A stretch of DNA of 64,000 nucleotides from Trichosphaerium sp. ATCC 40318 (Eukaryota; Protista; Tubulinea), in the NCBI GenBank assembly GCA_038496445.1, contig JALMLS010000516.1:1-64000 (forward strand). Reading direction: 5' to 3'. The stretch's first letter is position 1. Each line of letters opens with the position of its first letter. A program made the position numbers and the translations under genes. Below are positions 26,254 through 40,200 of this stretch, in pieces. The notes under the pieces were generated by a model, which saw only the letters and a program-made list of their open reading frames with translations, searched no databases and had not been told where the DNA came from.

Positions 26254-26418
26254 CAGTTATAGTTGTGTTACCCAAAAGCACCCAAAAGTGTGCGAATACG
26301 AAAATTCCGAACAAAAAAGGAAAGCGGTCTTAAATCGAAAAAACTCATTCTTTAGTTTAACCTTTATAACAACACCTTACAACCCTTTTTCAAGCTAAAA
26401 TACAAGGTATTAACGATT

Positions 26419-29400
26419 ATGGAGCTTGATGAACCATTATTGGCGAAAAAGCGGCTAGATAAGTCTAAACCACCTCGCCTTGGTTTGAAAGCGCTCTGGG
26501 CGCCTTTGTCTTCGATAGAAAGTAGAGATACCGCTACAGGGAATTATTTCTACCTTATGGTACGTCACAGTGCACCTCTATCGCTTTTACACAAAGTCTA
26601 AACTGTATAAGCGGTTTTTATTGATTATGTCGACGCTCATGGCTTTTTTCTACGTAACATGGACAATACTGTTGGTTATGGCGTACTTCAAGTCAACACC
26701 ATTTACTCACTATTCGCAGATATTTACGGTTCGTTCTTTTAAACAATCAAAAAAAAACCAAAAAAAACAGTCCTACATACATGTAGCAATGGTTTCAGGA
26801 ACGCATTAAAAACGCTACAAACGTTACCACAAAAACTCTTAATTTTTGAAATCAAAAAATTTTCGTCACGTGACGCTTTTAGACTGTGAATGCACTTTCT
26901 CATATGGCGTTTTAATACTTCCTGTAAACATCTCTTTGCAACTTTTCTACTTTGCAACGCTTGTAGCACTAGTAAGCGTGTGTTATTGACGAGTTTTCTA
27001 TGTAGAGTGTTTCATACGCTGTCTATTACTTGGATACTGACCTAAGCACTGTTACCTTGAAATATCAAACTATAAGTTTTTATATTGTATTGGTTTTTTC
27101 GTTCACTATTATGATGTACTATGGAGTACTCGAAATAAGGAATAACAGGCACGTTAACAAGAATACATTTGATTGACTTGTCAAACTATGTTAGTGGTAG
27201 GAACCAACGTACTATTTAGGGACAGTAAAAGTGTCATTCCTTCACTCAAGCATTACACGTTGTATATTAGCAATATCTTAAAATTACGGCGTGGGCATAC
27301 TGGTAATCTTGCTAAAAAGATCGCAAATGAGTTTTCAGAGTATGGAGACGTTGTAATGGTGTCTGTTCCTTTGCGTAAGAAAGCTCATGTCGAGTTATTG
27401 TTAAAAAGAGATGAGTTACTGAAGAAAAAAGATGATCCTGACTTTGTATCTGAAAGCATGGACAACGGACAAGGTAATACAAAAATAAGTAGAGTATTCA
27501 ATGTGCAAGCACTAAAACAATGTATAAGTTGACTTGGACTCTGAATTAGAGGATATTAATGCTAAGATCTTGGAACAAGAACACATGGCAAAGCCAACAT
27601 ATGCCGGAGATGCTTTTGTTACTTTTGCTTCACCAGCTGGTCCTTGCGCAGCACACTCAAAGAGGAACAAAAAAAAGCACAAGTACACAGGTCTTTCATT
27701 ACGGTAGCTTATTGTGAATCAGAGGGTTAAAGTGGACTCGCGCACACGAGCCTAAGAGCATGAATATGAACAATTATCGCGTCAGTCAAACTTCTCTTAC
27801 TTTCAAAGTACTTGGCACGTGATAGTTTTATGTTTACTACAAAGGCTAACGTGTATAATAGGATCACTAGTAATTGACTCAGGTCTCACTGCAATACTTG
27901 CAGGACTGGTTGCATTATCAAAGTATTTCACAACTGATACGGTAACGCTCGTACTTAACTTCGTTTAAGTGCTAAAGCTTGTTTTCAAGGGATGTACAAA
28001 GAAGTCATATGCTATCGAAAATATCGCCTTATCAGCATTTGTGTCTGTTGCTCTTAGTGTATTCTTTTCCATAAGCGAGAAAATCGTACATTTTGTACAA
28101 CAGAGTACGTGGATAGTCTTGAAAAAAATACTAACCTCTTCGCAGAAATTGTTGATAAACTTGTTCACTTTGTGAGTTATGACAGCAACGTACACCCAGT
28201 CCTTTAGTATATTCAGGTTGAATATCTATTCACATGTCTATTTAGATTGTTCTAATGATGATAAAGCACCAAGGATTGCGTGGTGTCTTTGTGCTTTCAG
28301 CATATAGCATTTACTTCAATTGCTTTCTTACAAGCTCCACATCCTTGGTAGTAAACAGTCTTATAAATCCTAACCAAAATACAACATTAATTAAAGAAGA
28401 ATTTTCTGCGGTTGCCTCAAAGGGTTTCACAAATAGTGCAAAAGTTATTGTACGTGTAAACAAATGTTATCATCAGTTTTGTTTTTTTTTTGACATTTTC
28501 TTTGACAGCTTTTATTCTACATTGCATCAATTGGTGTTGGTAATTTTGTAGAGATTGTTGGTCCTAAGGATCGCCTTATGTCATGGTTCGGGAGGTAAGA
28601 GGTTACCCATTTAATATAAGCTGTCTAATCGACATGTTTAACAGGAAAGTTGATAAAGAACCAGAGTTTCCTCTAGCTAGTAGATTTGGCGATTTAACTA
28701 TTGAGCTTACAACATGTGTTCTGGGTCTTTCCGCATCACCTGCTGTATTCATATTATTCTGGTTAAACTTATTTTTTCGATACTGGAAGGATAAATACTT
28801 TAGTAAGTAAACCATCTTCAAACTCTTTTTGCTTTTTTTTACAAACTGGAGATTTAACATACTAGTGCATTTTTTCGAACTTGTTTAACATTATCCGCAT
28901 GTGCATTAGTGCGAATGCAAGCTAAATTAGTCAGAATCTACTCTTTAAACAGAGTCATTAAGGACAACATATTAAGGGGTTGTATTCTAACTTTTTTTTA
29001 ATAGTTGCAAACAAGTTCAAAACAAGAAATGTACCTGGAGATTTTGCATCTAAGTATGCCTCTATGTTTATGGTATTCAGTGTAGTACTGTTTTTAATCC
29101 TTTACATACTTTATTTGAATACAGCTTCTTTGTGGGCTACGTAAGTATACAGAGAACTCAAACAACATATTCTTACTTTTTTCGCTAGATTTATTGGATC
29201 AGTTTCTGTTAATATTTTTGGTGGGTCTATAATTGCTTATATGTTGGTTTTCTTTTTGCCTGCTTGGGTTTTTGCTTTTATAGTAATAGCGCTTTTATTT
29301 TATGTTGCCAGTCTTTTTAAAAAAAAGCCATTTGATGACCTTGTATGGACTCTCAATGACGGAGATTTTGATACTTATCTTGGACCAAATATTACTTATT

Positions 29401-29580
29401 CTAATACAAAGGACATGCCTCGTTGTGGTATGAATGCTTGTACGTCATTCAAAGCAAAAGATATTACATGCCTTAGATACTAATATTACTATTGTAGATT
29501 GTGAATACTTTCTTTCAGATCATGACGATGTCGAACAAGCAGAACTGCAAAGGGAATCCTCATTACTTATTGTAAATTAA
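26419..29580 (+). CDS. CSC1/OSCA/TMEM63-like multi-pass cation channel
   Basis: Many TM exons; cytosolic segment YTLYISNI...GDAFVTFAS...RAHEP; C-terminal EFPLASRFG...P...FRYWKDKY; stop TAA at 29578-29580. Confidence 0.7.
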
Positions 29581-29595
29581 AAAACGAAATAAATA

Positions 29596-31200
29596 CTAGA
29601 AATATCTAGTTGTTGTGTATGGTTCCAACTCACTGGGTAGTATAGTGGCAACAAAAAAAACGTTTCTGATACCTCTACCATTTAATGTGAAATTTGATGC
29701 CACACGCAAAGTTATAAACGGTACCGAGACAACAAGGTATCAAAATATGCTGAGTTATTAGAAGCACAAAAATAAAGCTTGTGCTTTTGACTGCTTTGTC
29801 AATTACTAGTGTGAACTATCTATGTATACCAGCAAGCCGCTTGATTTGTTCATCTATTCTGAGGTGTCCATACTATTACCTTTACACAACATACGCAACA
29901 GCAAAAGGCATCAACGCACTTTTGGAGCTTCTTATATTACCTGACAAAGTGGATGCCACTGGCTAACTAATTAATATGTTTGGTATAGCTATCCATTAAT
30001 TGGCAGATAACTTTTGAAAGAACAAACGATTTTATTAACCCAAAATACTGTTATGGTACATTGGAAAGCTCACTGCACCATATATCTTCCATCTACGTCC
30101 TTGACATGCCATCACAAGAAGTAAATATCCACCACACCTGTGGGAGAACTTAACTAGTTAAGGAAGCAAAAAAAGGGTAATAACGAAAATATTGTCTTGT
30201 TTCTCGTACGGAGATATGTACATGTGACAATACTCATCAAGGTTTTGATTGGGAGGAGTGGTTACTCTGGGGGATCTTCCAAAACGATGACGTATTTCAC
30301 CCTCTGTAGTGAAAGAGAAGGCTCCTACTTTTTTCCCTTGATGTATAACTTCAGCAGTCATTTCATGGAACGTCCCTGTGTATGGACGTCCTTCTCCTGG
30401 GTCATCTCTTCTAGTATGGCTTTTTTTTATAGTTATTTTTACTTCTACACAATAGCATTCCTTGGAAACACGTGTCATCTTCTTAAAACCTCTTCTTATT
30501 TTATACTCAGAGTATTCTTCATTCGGTTCTGCTTTCAGATTTTCCACGAAACTTGCTATCTTACCATCTTCTATTATAAGTTGACTGTAATGAGAACATT
30601 GTTTATACGTACCTGTGACACGGAAACCCTTGATGTTATAAGTATCTGTTTCAATGTAGTAGGAGTAATACGGGAATAATTGCTAAAAAAAAATCAAAAA
30701 TTGAAAGACTACCACTTACGTACGTGAATAAAAATGGACTTGTCGCCTTCACACTGAAACGTACTACCATCTGCAGGTACTTTCTCTTGACACTAAGCTT
30801 GTAAGAAAACGTACGTGTAAACGGATTTCAGTGAAGTACTCTATGAAGTCTTTTAAAAGTTTGAAAATAGCTCTCCGACTGTTGTTTTATTACGTGGCCC
30901 CATCTTGAGTTCATCAAAGCTAGTAGTTTTTAACCGTAGTCGTATAATTTTAAACAACACGTGACGTTTGATTAGTACCTCTCCATAAAGAGTCATTCGC
31001 TATCGCTTTGTTTAAAGCACTGCAGGTACTTGATAATGTTAAAGTATCTTTTAAACACCCAAAATTGCATGAAAAAAAAACCTGGTAAGTGAAAATAGTA
31101 CACGAAGATATTTATGCTAACATATCACGTGTATAAGTTCGCAAGGAAGCAAAACCATCGTAGTTTGGTTGTTAGGTGACAGCTTTTGTGCTTTGCTCAT
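29596..31200 (-). CDS. F-box protein with uncharacterised C-terminal domain
   Basis: Spliced N-terminus MSKAQK...LLPCELIHVI|C...DTLTLSSTCSALNKAIANDSLWR; downstream exons include 30158-30547. 3' end approximate. Confidence 0.6.
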
Positions 31201-31709
31201 TTAATCTTTTATTTATTTCGTTTACAATAGATTAAGTAATGATCACGATTATTGAACACTTTTTCATTAAACGTGTTCACAAGACTGTTACTCAAATCTA
31301 GACCTTTTTACTGTACCTGTGGTTAGCCTTGTGTCAAGGATTGTAAGCTTGATGTAAACCATTTGACAGGCAAAGTTAAAACTCATCCTGCGAATTCATT
31401 TTAGTTTTAAGTAGTGCACGTGTTGCTAAAGGTTATTGAGATTTTGGATACTGGCACGTTGACATAACAAATTCTCCTCCAGTATATTTTTTGCGTGAGG
31501 AATGAAATTTCTTCCAAAATAGGTAACGAAAACCTGCACGAGTTTTCTATATGGAGTACTGAACTCGGAAACACGCTTAAATTAGTATCAAAGCATCGTG
31601 ACTATTCATCAATTTGCCATAATTAAGCGCATTTTATGATGTCGTGCGTTACCATAAAGACATGCACGAACTTGAAGGAAACCAACTACAGTTGTAGGTA
31701 TAGAAAAGT

Positions 31710-34700
31710 TTAGTTACATTTTATTTGAAATACAGAATTTGTCTTTGTTCCATTTATCAATCCACCAATAGTTAGAGCCATTGATCCCTCGCTGTTTTTT
31801 GAAACTCCGATTAATTCATTACATTCTATAGCTGGAAATTGTCCTCCTACTTTGACCCACATTACTACAAAGATAGAAAAGTTAATAACTGACAAGCACA
31901 TATTACTAAAACAAACAATCTCAAAAAAAAGGTTTCCTTACTTGATTTTACATCTTGAAGCGTTTCAACACCAGCAAGATCAACAGTGTATATGCTACCG
32001 TCAGTACCAAGTCCGTAGTTAATCATCATTGTTCCTAAAACAAAGTATGAGCCAAAAGAACAAGCCCATAATCATCACTTACCGACTATAATACATCCAT
32101 GTTTCTTTGCGTTGACTGTAAATTTTTTGTACTTTAACGCTTCATTATCAACTGGTACGTCTCCTGTAGACTTAGGATTCGACCATTTCATTGTGAGTAA
32201 GTTTAGAGTATGAACATCAACAAATCTTGTAGTGGCATTATTGCCACCAACTATGAATAGTTTACCGCCGTAAAAAACAGCAGAATGTTGTGCTCTTGGA
32301 CAAGGTGGTAATCCGTCACTTCCTTGAGGTATCCATATTTTTTGTCCTTTATAACGTGATTAGAAAAATACTTGTTTAATCAATAGAAACATATGCTACG
32401 TACTTATATCAAGGAAGTAAAAGTCATTGTAATACGTGTAAGGGCCTCCAGAGCAAGAGCTGCCACCAAACAGCATTATTTTGCCATCAACAACTATGAA
32501 GACAGGTTAATAAAAAACATCCTTTTCAGTGCTATTGACGTACTGTGAGTAGCAGTGTGAAGAGCCCTAGGTGAAGGTGCTTCTCCATGCACTTTAAGTG
32601 AACGAATACTTACTTTGTCGTGACTGATGACTGTCAAAGTTGCGACATCCTAGCGAGAGAAATCAGACAAAATTATTTGGAAAGATTGTTTTAATGTTGT
32701 CTTCTTTGGCGTTTTTCGTACGTTGTATTGTGCTCTACTGTCCCAACCACCGATAAGATAGATAATACTTGGTTCACTAGGATCTACAGTTGCACTATGA
32801 CCCCATCGAGGACCTGTCTTGAACGGATGCTTGTTGATGGTTTTCCATGTTCCAGAAGCGACATGCAGAATATCTATTGCTGGATAGTTTCCTTGTCCCA
32901 CACCTCCAGTAACAACTAAATAGCGCTCGCCATCTTCTCCTATACATAAAGTACTTGCAGACCATCTATTAAAGATGAGTAAAAACTAGGCTTTTCTTTG
33001 TTGTTCGTTACGTACATCCTTGGAGAAGTATGTCCGGATAGTGCATTGCTAAAAAAGAAGAGTTAGTGTTAATATGCAATTATATTTTAACGTACCTCTT
33101 TGAGACATGCCATTGTTGGCTTGAAATATGACTTTTTACGGAAGGAGTCAACCCATATTGTGATCCATCTTTAACATTACAATTCCATTTACGAAGATGT
33201 GGTGCATATTCTAGCTCTAGGGATCGCTTGCTTATTGGTTTGTCTGTTTTAATTTCATATGTAATCTTGACGTCTGGTTCATAGTAATGGCCCATGAAGG
33301 TAAGCAGAACAGTAGCGCTAACAGGTCCTAATTTGAAAAAAAAAAAAAAATCAGAAAAAAAGAGGAATTATTTCATTTCACTAATATTGCTCCTTACCTT
33401 TAGCGTCTTTGCCAACATTTATATTGAGAACCATTGGTTCTGTATCTAGAGTGATTCTCATTTTCTTGGTATGTACAACAGCCTCTAAATGGTCAGTTAG
33501 TAAACCGAACACTCGTAAAAACGATGCACGTACTTTTTAGAATAGTTGCTGGTAGACCATTGTCCAGACCGTATACAAAGAGTTTTGCTACTCCTGTAGC
33601 GTTATCATATGTATTACCCAGAATGAGCTGCCTCTTTAAGACCCAAGGTGGAATCTATAATCACAACGTTAATATTTAGCAATTCGATAAAATAGTTATT
33701 GCGTACTTCTAAGTTGAGTTTCTTCATTACCATGGACATTACATCATCAGTAGTAGCGAATATATGTATATCAGCTATAATCGAATATTAGTAAGAGGTT
33801 TAAAGTAACTGACAATGATAGCACTTACCCATTTGTGTTAGAGGAGTCTTCTGTAAATTTACAATGACAAGTTTTCCTCCCTTTAATTTCGTGTACTCTG
33901 GGTTATTACCTAAATAAATAACCACGTGAGTTTCAAATTAAACCACGTGATCTCCTCAAACAAAAAAGAAAACTAAATCATGTACTTACACGCTGGAGTA
34001 ACAGTTAAACTTGAGCCCATAGCCAAATGCAAATCGGCTTTTTTAGAATTTTTTATGGCTTTCCTGAGACCTTCCTCTGGAAGTGATTGTCCGAAATCTA
34101 CTGTCCATTCAAGCAATCTACCGTTACAGCCAGGAATTACGCAATATCTGCCTGTAAAATGATCTCTACCCCGAGATAGCCTGTAACATTGGAAATCGCG
34201 TAGATATTGGTGTCCGCAGATCTCACACTCTTCAATGTTTCCATTACCATGTAATTCGCTTATTTTATGTGTTGGCACGCCACTTCGTCTGTGTAGACCT
34301 GTTTTGTAGAGTTAGCCTCAGTTTTTCGCACAAAATACTTTCCAAGACTTAAATCGTTGGTTGTTTGGTTCAAGAAGCAACGTACCATCGCAATTTTGAG
34401 AAATCAGATACTTCAATATGTTGTGCTTCATAAGCTCAACAATACTCATGTGTGTCTTTGTTGGTACAGCTCTAATCGAAGAAGTACCAGAAGGTGCTTT
34501 CTTGCCTTGAGCTCTGCACGTCCATACACCGTTTGGACCTCTAAAGTCCGGAATACCTTAAAAAACCAGTCAACGCCATCAGACAGCCGTAGTATATTAC
34601 CTGCGCTCGTTGAAACGCCTGCACCGGTAAATGCGACCATATGTTTGCTGGCCTTTATCCATTCGACCAAAGTATCCACCTTACGCTCGAGAACTACCAA

Positions 34701-34819
34701 TAGGTATCAATACACGAACAATAATTGTCGTTTTAATTTTTTTTTTATTGTCAATTACCTTCAGGTGTATCATAATGCTCTTTTATTGATTCAGCGTCTT
34801 TGTGTGCTGTCCATGCCAT
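31710..34819 (-). CDS. Class IV sirtuin (SIRT6/7-like) fused to a C-terminal Kelch beta-propeller
   Basis: Sirtuin motifs [31 protein letters not shown], ELHGN..CxxC...CxxxxC, GSSLTV, IVNLQKT. The spliced frame continues into Kelch blades (PRWGHSA..LIGG, PRALHTA..LFGG, PRAQHSA..IVGG). Confidence 0.85.
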
Positions 34820-35427
34820 GTTGCAATGTTGTTATTTTGTTATTTATTATGCTGTACATAACGTTAAAATAGGTTCTTTGAACCAAAATTAATCTGGTCA
34901 AACTTTTTATTCCAAACTTTCCAACAACTGCTTTAGGATATTTGTGCAGTGCAAAGTAAGGTAAGAAGAGCTACCTGCAAGTCCGTGAGTGATCTAACAA
35001 CAGCGAAATCTCCGAGTGACTACTGGCTTTTTTCGTCGTAAATTCAAGTTCATTTAATACAGTTTAACAACCAGTTCTGCTAAACAAGAAACAAATTGTA
35101 TGGATTCCATTGGAAGAGCGTCAACGTTACTAATTTTGTTTTAACTATGTTGCAACCATGGATCGAGGATTGACACGCTCGCTCTGCACCAGAGCTATCG
35201 GTCAGGGACAGCTGTGTTCTTTTTCCTCCAGATCGTCTTGCGCTGCCTTTTTGTTGGGATTGAGGATGGTTTAACCTGCTTGGTTTGTTGTAAGGCGATG
35301 TTGATATTTGTTACATAGTTTGAACATCAGTTGCGTAGGCAAATTTTTTTGTGCAAAGGAAATATCTGTTTAGTTTAGTCGATTTTTTTATACAAAGGTG
35401 GTTGCTCCCATATTCATTTTTCTATTC

Positions 35428-37089
35428 CTAAATTGTCTTTGTTTCTCCATGAAACAATGTTACAAATGCATCTGTGTCTACTCCGTTATCTGCTTTTGCG
35501 GTTTCAAGATCATCTCGAGGTTGAAGAACAGGCTAAAGGGAGTTACACTTCAATGTTTTAAAGTAAACTATGGTTTTATTATCGTACCTCAGAAGTAAGA
35601 ACAAATGTTCCCCAATGCATACCAATTGATTTTCTAGCTTTTAAATCGAGATGCATCTTAACTGCTTCGTCTGGATTAACGTGCTGAGCACGCATAAGAT
35701 TGCTACGAAGAACGTCAAAACTCAAAAAGCACGTGCACGTGCGAACAATAAAAAAATAAATAAGCTGTAACAAAAAATCTGCTCAAGCTCGATTTGCATT
35801 GTCTCACTATGGTCACGTGTGTTGACATACCGTGGTTCATAGGCTCCTATTGGAATAAGAGCTAAATCAAAGGGACCAAATTTATCTCCAATCTCCTTAA
35901 ACGTATCACAGTATCCTGTATCACCTCCAAACCAAACCGATTTTTTTTTACCAATAATACTATAACTTCCCCAAAGAGAAGTACGCGCATCACCAATAAA
36001 ACGAGCAGACCAATGCATCGCAGGTGTAAGTACTATATTTACATCTTCATTATACTGATATTTCTCCCACCATTGGAGTTCAATGTAGTTATTAACACCA
36101 CAACTTCTGAAGAACTTTCCAAGACCTTTTTTTTTTTTCTCGTTAGATTTAATGGTTTAAGTGCTTTCTTGAAATCACTCGTCAGCGTACCGTATGGAAT
36201 GATCCACTTTGCGCTATTACCTATTTTCTTAACAACAGCTTGATCAAGATGATCATAATGATCATGTGATAGAACTATAAAGTCCAACTCTGGTAACTCT
36301 GAAACTTGACAAGGTATCTATTATTTTCAAATAAACAAGAAAAGCTATGATCACTGATAACTTATTAACGACGCCAGTACCTCTCTGTATCGCTTTGGAC
36401 CAACCCAATCGCTTGGAGAACATCGTCTTGAAAAAACCTAAGCAAGCGTTTCAAATAGGCTTATAAGGCACCAAGTATACGTCTAAGTTATAATAGACCA
36501 AGAGTTGGCGTTTTGTTCAACCGGAGAAATATAACACATGCGTACTGGGTCTGTGAGGAAGTTTAGACCTTCCATTTGAACTAGGAACGTTGAATGGCCA
36601 ACCCAGGTAACTTGTAGATCTTCTTCGTTTGGTTCCGTTATTTTATCCCATGAGGGGTTGTGTATAGGTAGTTCCTGTTATTTGTTAACGTACTAGGCGT
36701 TTTATGAACTGAAATTCGAAACTAATGATTACCTTATCCAAAACAGATTTTGGTGGCACTTTCGCTGGCCACATACCTCCAGCTTTCATAAAATCCCACG
36801 CGCCAACAGAATATCTGACTGTGTCAGCAAAATAAAACGTACGCTAACATCGCTTAAACGTGCTATAACAACGTACTTGCGCCATTCTGGCCATGGATTA
36901 TCGAATTTACCCTTTTTAAACAGAGGCTGGGATAACTTTTCTCCTTCCTTAACAGTAGTGCTAACACCGTTTGGTAGTGGACGCGCGATGCTTTTCATGC
37001 TTTTTAACAATAAATAAGCCTTGTTTATGAAAAAGATTCTTGAAAGCTTTTAAGTTTGATTATCATACGTAGCAAAGAAAGCAAACATC
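35428..37089 (-). CDS. NAPEPLD: N-acyl-phosphatidylethanolamine phospholipase D (metallo-beta-lactamase fold)
   Basis: [59 protein letters not shown]. Start codon uncertain. Confidence 0.92.
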
Positions 37090-37266
37090 GCTGCCACTAT
37101 TATCCAATAAACAAAAATCTAAAATATGAGACTTGAACTTCAATATTCGCTCAGACTTTTTTTTTTGTGGATTTTTTTTTCATTTTCTTTATTTTACATA
37201 CACCAAACGCCTTTAAACCGAAAGGATAGGTTGGCTATAACTTTTTACGCGTAATTACGTGACATG

Positions 37267-40200
37267 TCATGTTTTTTGGGAAAGGGAAACAGCGATTGTT
37301 GGTGACATTATCGCCGCGTTTTGAAGGTCCTTCTCAAAGTAACGCGTATTTGATGTGTTTCCAAGTGGTTTTACGTATTCATCGTAATTTATAGATATAT
37401 CAGGCTTATAGTACTTAATAGTAGCTGCCAAGGAATCAACGTCGCCTTTCCACCTTTTTTAATCACGTGAGAACGAATACCAAAAACAGATTGTTTTTTT
37501 TCATCAAGTTTTTTTTTTTTTTTCGTGTTGACGTACCAGTACGGTATTGGTACAAGGGTTATACCAAGCTCCATGCAAATAACAGATTTCTCAATATCTC
37601 TTCCTTTAAAAACTGTAGACGGTTGTACATTGGCCATACAATCATGGTAATGGAGTTCTCCTGTTGCGAATAAGCAAGATGTAGAAAAAACAACGAGGAA
37701 ATTTTTTTACCTTGATACTCCAGAGCCAAATCATGTTCTGACACAAATACATCGACTGAAATATCTACACCAGTAGATTGTCTTGCACCTATAAAATGCT
37801 CTTCTTGTATATGACAAAAAGGAAAGATATTCTGTAAACTACTAGCCAACCATCTTTGTCTGGCTTTTTTTTTCATTGCTTCAGAAAAACACTGCCAATC
37901 AAAGTTGAACTCAGGGTGTAGTACTTGTAAAACTTTTGGGTAATAATTCAACATAGCACCACCGCCCTCATTTTGTATATCTTGTTGAGATACACGATAC
38001 CTTTGTAAAAACATTCAGCAACAAAGCTCAAAATTTCACCGTTTTTTCAAAACAAAATCAACATACCACATAGCAGGATCCGTTATATTATATTTTGCTT
38101 TGAGTTCCTTCATGAATATTATCTGTAATTCTTTATCATGCCAATGACCACGACGCTTGCGTATAGCACTTTAAAAATGTCAATTAGCAAGCATGCTATG
38201 TTTAATTTTTAAACGAGACAAACGCACACTGCCCGTTCCACTGCTTTCCAATTATACTTTGGATAAACAGCTTTAACAGCTCGAAGAATAGAACCACCGA
38301 ACCTAGGTAATAACAGTAAACTCGAGGTTCTTTTTTGCATGTTGTCAACAAGCCAAGCTCGTCGGATGTTTTTTGATAGGTATAAAAATAGGAAACTTAC
38401 TTCCTTACTATTGATCCTCCGCCATGGCCAATAATATGCTCAGGAGGTACTATTAACCAGTCTTCTACAGTTCTAATACCTATATTTCTAGCAATAATGT
38501 CAAGCCACAGTCTGTGGTTTGAAAGTTCATCATTCACATCTTCATCAGCGCTTGCTTTTACAACTTCATGCCAAATCGCACTTGTCCGACTATTGCTCAT
38601 CAGAATAAAGTACCTTGTATTGTATAATATTAACCGCACTTTTTATTCCATAATACCCAATGGTGATGAGGATATAGAGCCTTCAAGGCAATCGAGATAG
38701 AGTTAGAATACCTAGAAAATCGTTTCAATATTACAACTTTTTTTTTACTTTTTTTTTAAAAATTCACGTGTACCTGTTCATGACAGACGCCGCGTATATT
38801 TTTATGTCTTCTCCTGTGACGTTATACCATCCATCTAGTATCTTAATATTAAGATCATGAGCGATATCATTGAATAAAAGCCTTTGATTATCCACATCTT
38901 CCCAAAAACCTTGAGGTACTCCAGTGAACTTCCACAATGCCCAGTGTTTAGACGGGTACAGTGTCTGTAACATTAACAGAACAGAGTTACCAAACAGAGT
39001 AATTAAACGATTATGTCCGACAGCATTTATCTTCTTGCAAGTGACAGCATACCACTTATCAAAAGTAGTAACACCTAGCTTTTCACCAAGCGATTCAATC
39101 ATTTCTTGTTGATTTTTTAACATAAATTGATTTGCATATTTTGGCTTTTGTGGTAGTTTAATTATACGATCAGTATCTCTCCGATGCCTAGTAGGATATC
39201 AACATAGTTTTAAGGATACTTTTGAGCAAGTCTTCTTATACCTCTGCCGTACGACTGGATACATTTTCACCAGAATATCTTGTAGTTTGTTGACTCTATA
39301 TTTCGATAAATTCAAACAAATTATCTGACCCTGTTGCTTACCTTTCACCAATTCTCTTTGCATATAAAGCAATATCATTACGATCAAAATATTTCCACGA
39401 CCAATACTCTTCGTCTTCATTCACTAATGAGTCAAAATACTCTCTTATATGCCTTTGGAATTATGAGAAAAACAAACTAAGTTTGACCAAAAAAAAAATC
39501 AGTGTACATTTCTTTCCAACGCAACCAAGGGCACCAAGGAAAAATATTCTCAAGAGCTCTATAGAAAGAACCGTTATACCTAACTTAATTTAATCTTGGT
39601 TACTAGGAAGTATTATCGTACATATCAAGAATGTTCTTAAGTCCATGTTGTACAAGTACGCTTGTTTTTAATTTTAATAAGTCACTATAAATCTTCACCC
39701 CAAGAGTTTTTGACATATTCGCTATCTCGGTTCGTTGAACCTCTAATATCAAGGCAGTATGAGGTTTAGATCCTAGTAACTTTCTTTTGCGCATTTTTCG
39801 CTTTTCAAATTTTCTACTGTTGCGTTAGATGGCAAAGCAAGTACAAGCTTGTATTTTCGACCTGTGATTATTTTCGACATTGACGTAAGTTTTGTTATCC
39901 CTGAAGGTGAAGATATTAATCTTTGATCGCTTGAAATAATGTATCATACTCTATGTTATTTTTCCACTCAGGGTATAGTCCTAACGCAGCATTCTCCAAG
40001 GTGTTATGACTTAAAAATTTAGTAAGAATTTTCTAAGATTTTTAATGTACATTTTTGTTAATCGTCTGCCACCCAGCCTGTTCAACTCTTCACGTGGCAT
40101 CCCTCCAATATCATCACAAGTTTTTAGGTTACCTTGAGACGCAATATTGTTGAAAGCATCACGTTGATTGCTTGTTTTTTTCCAAAAACCGTTTGGTACG

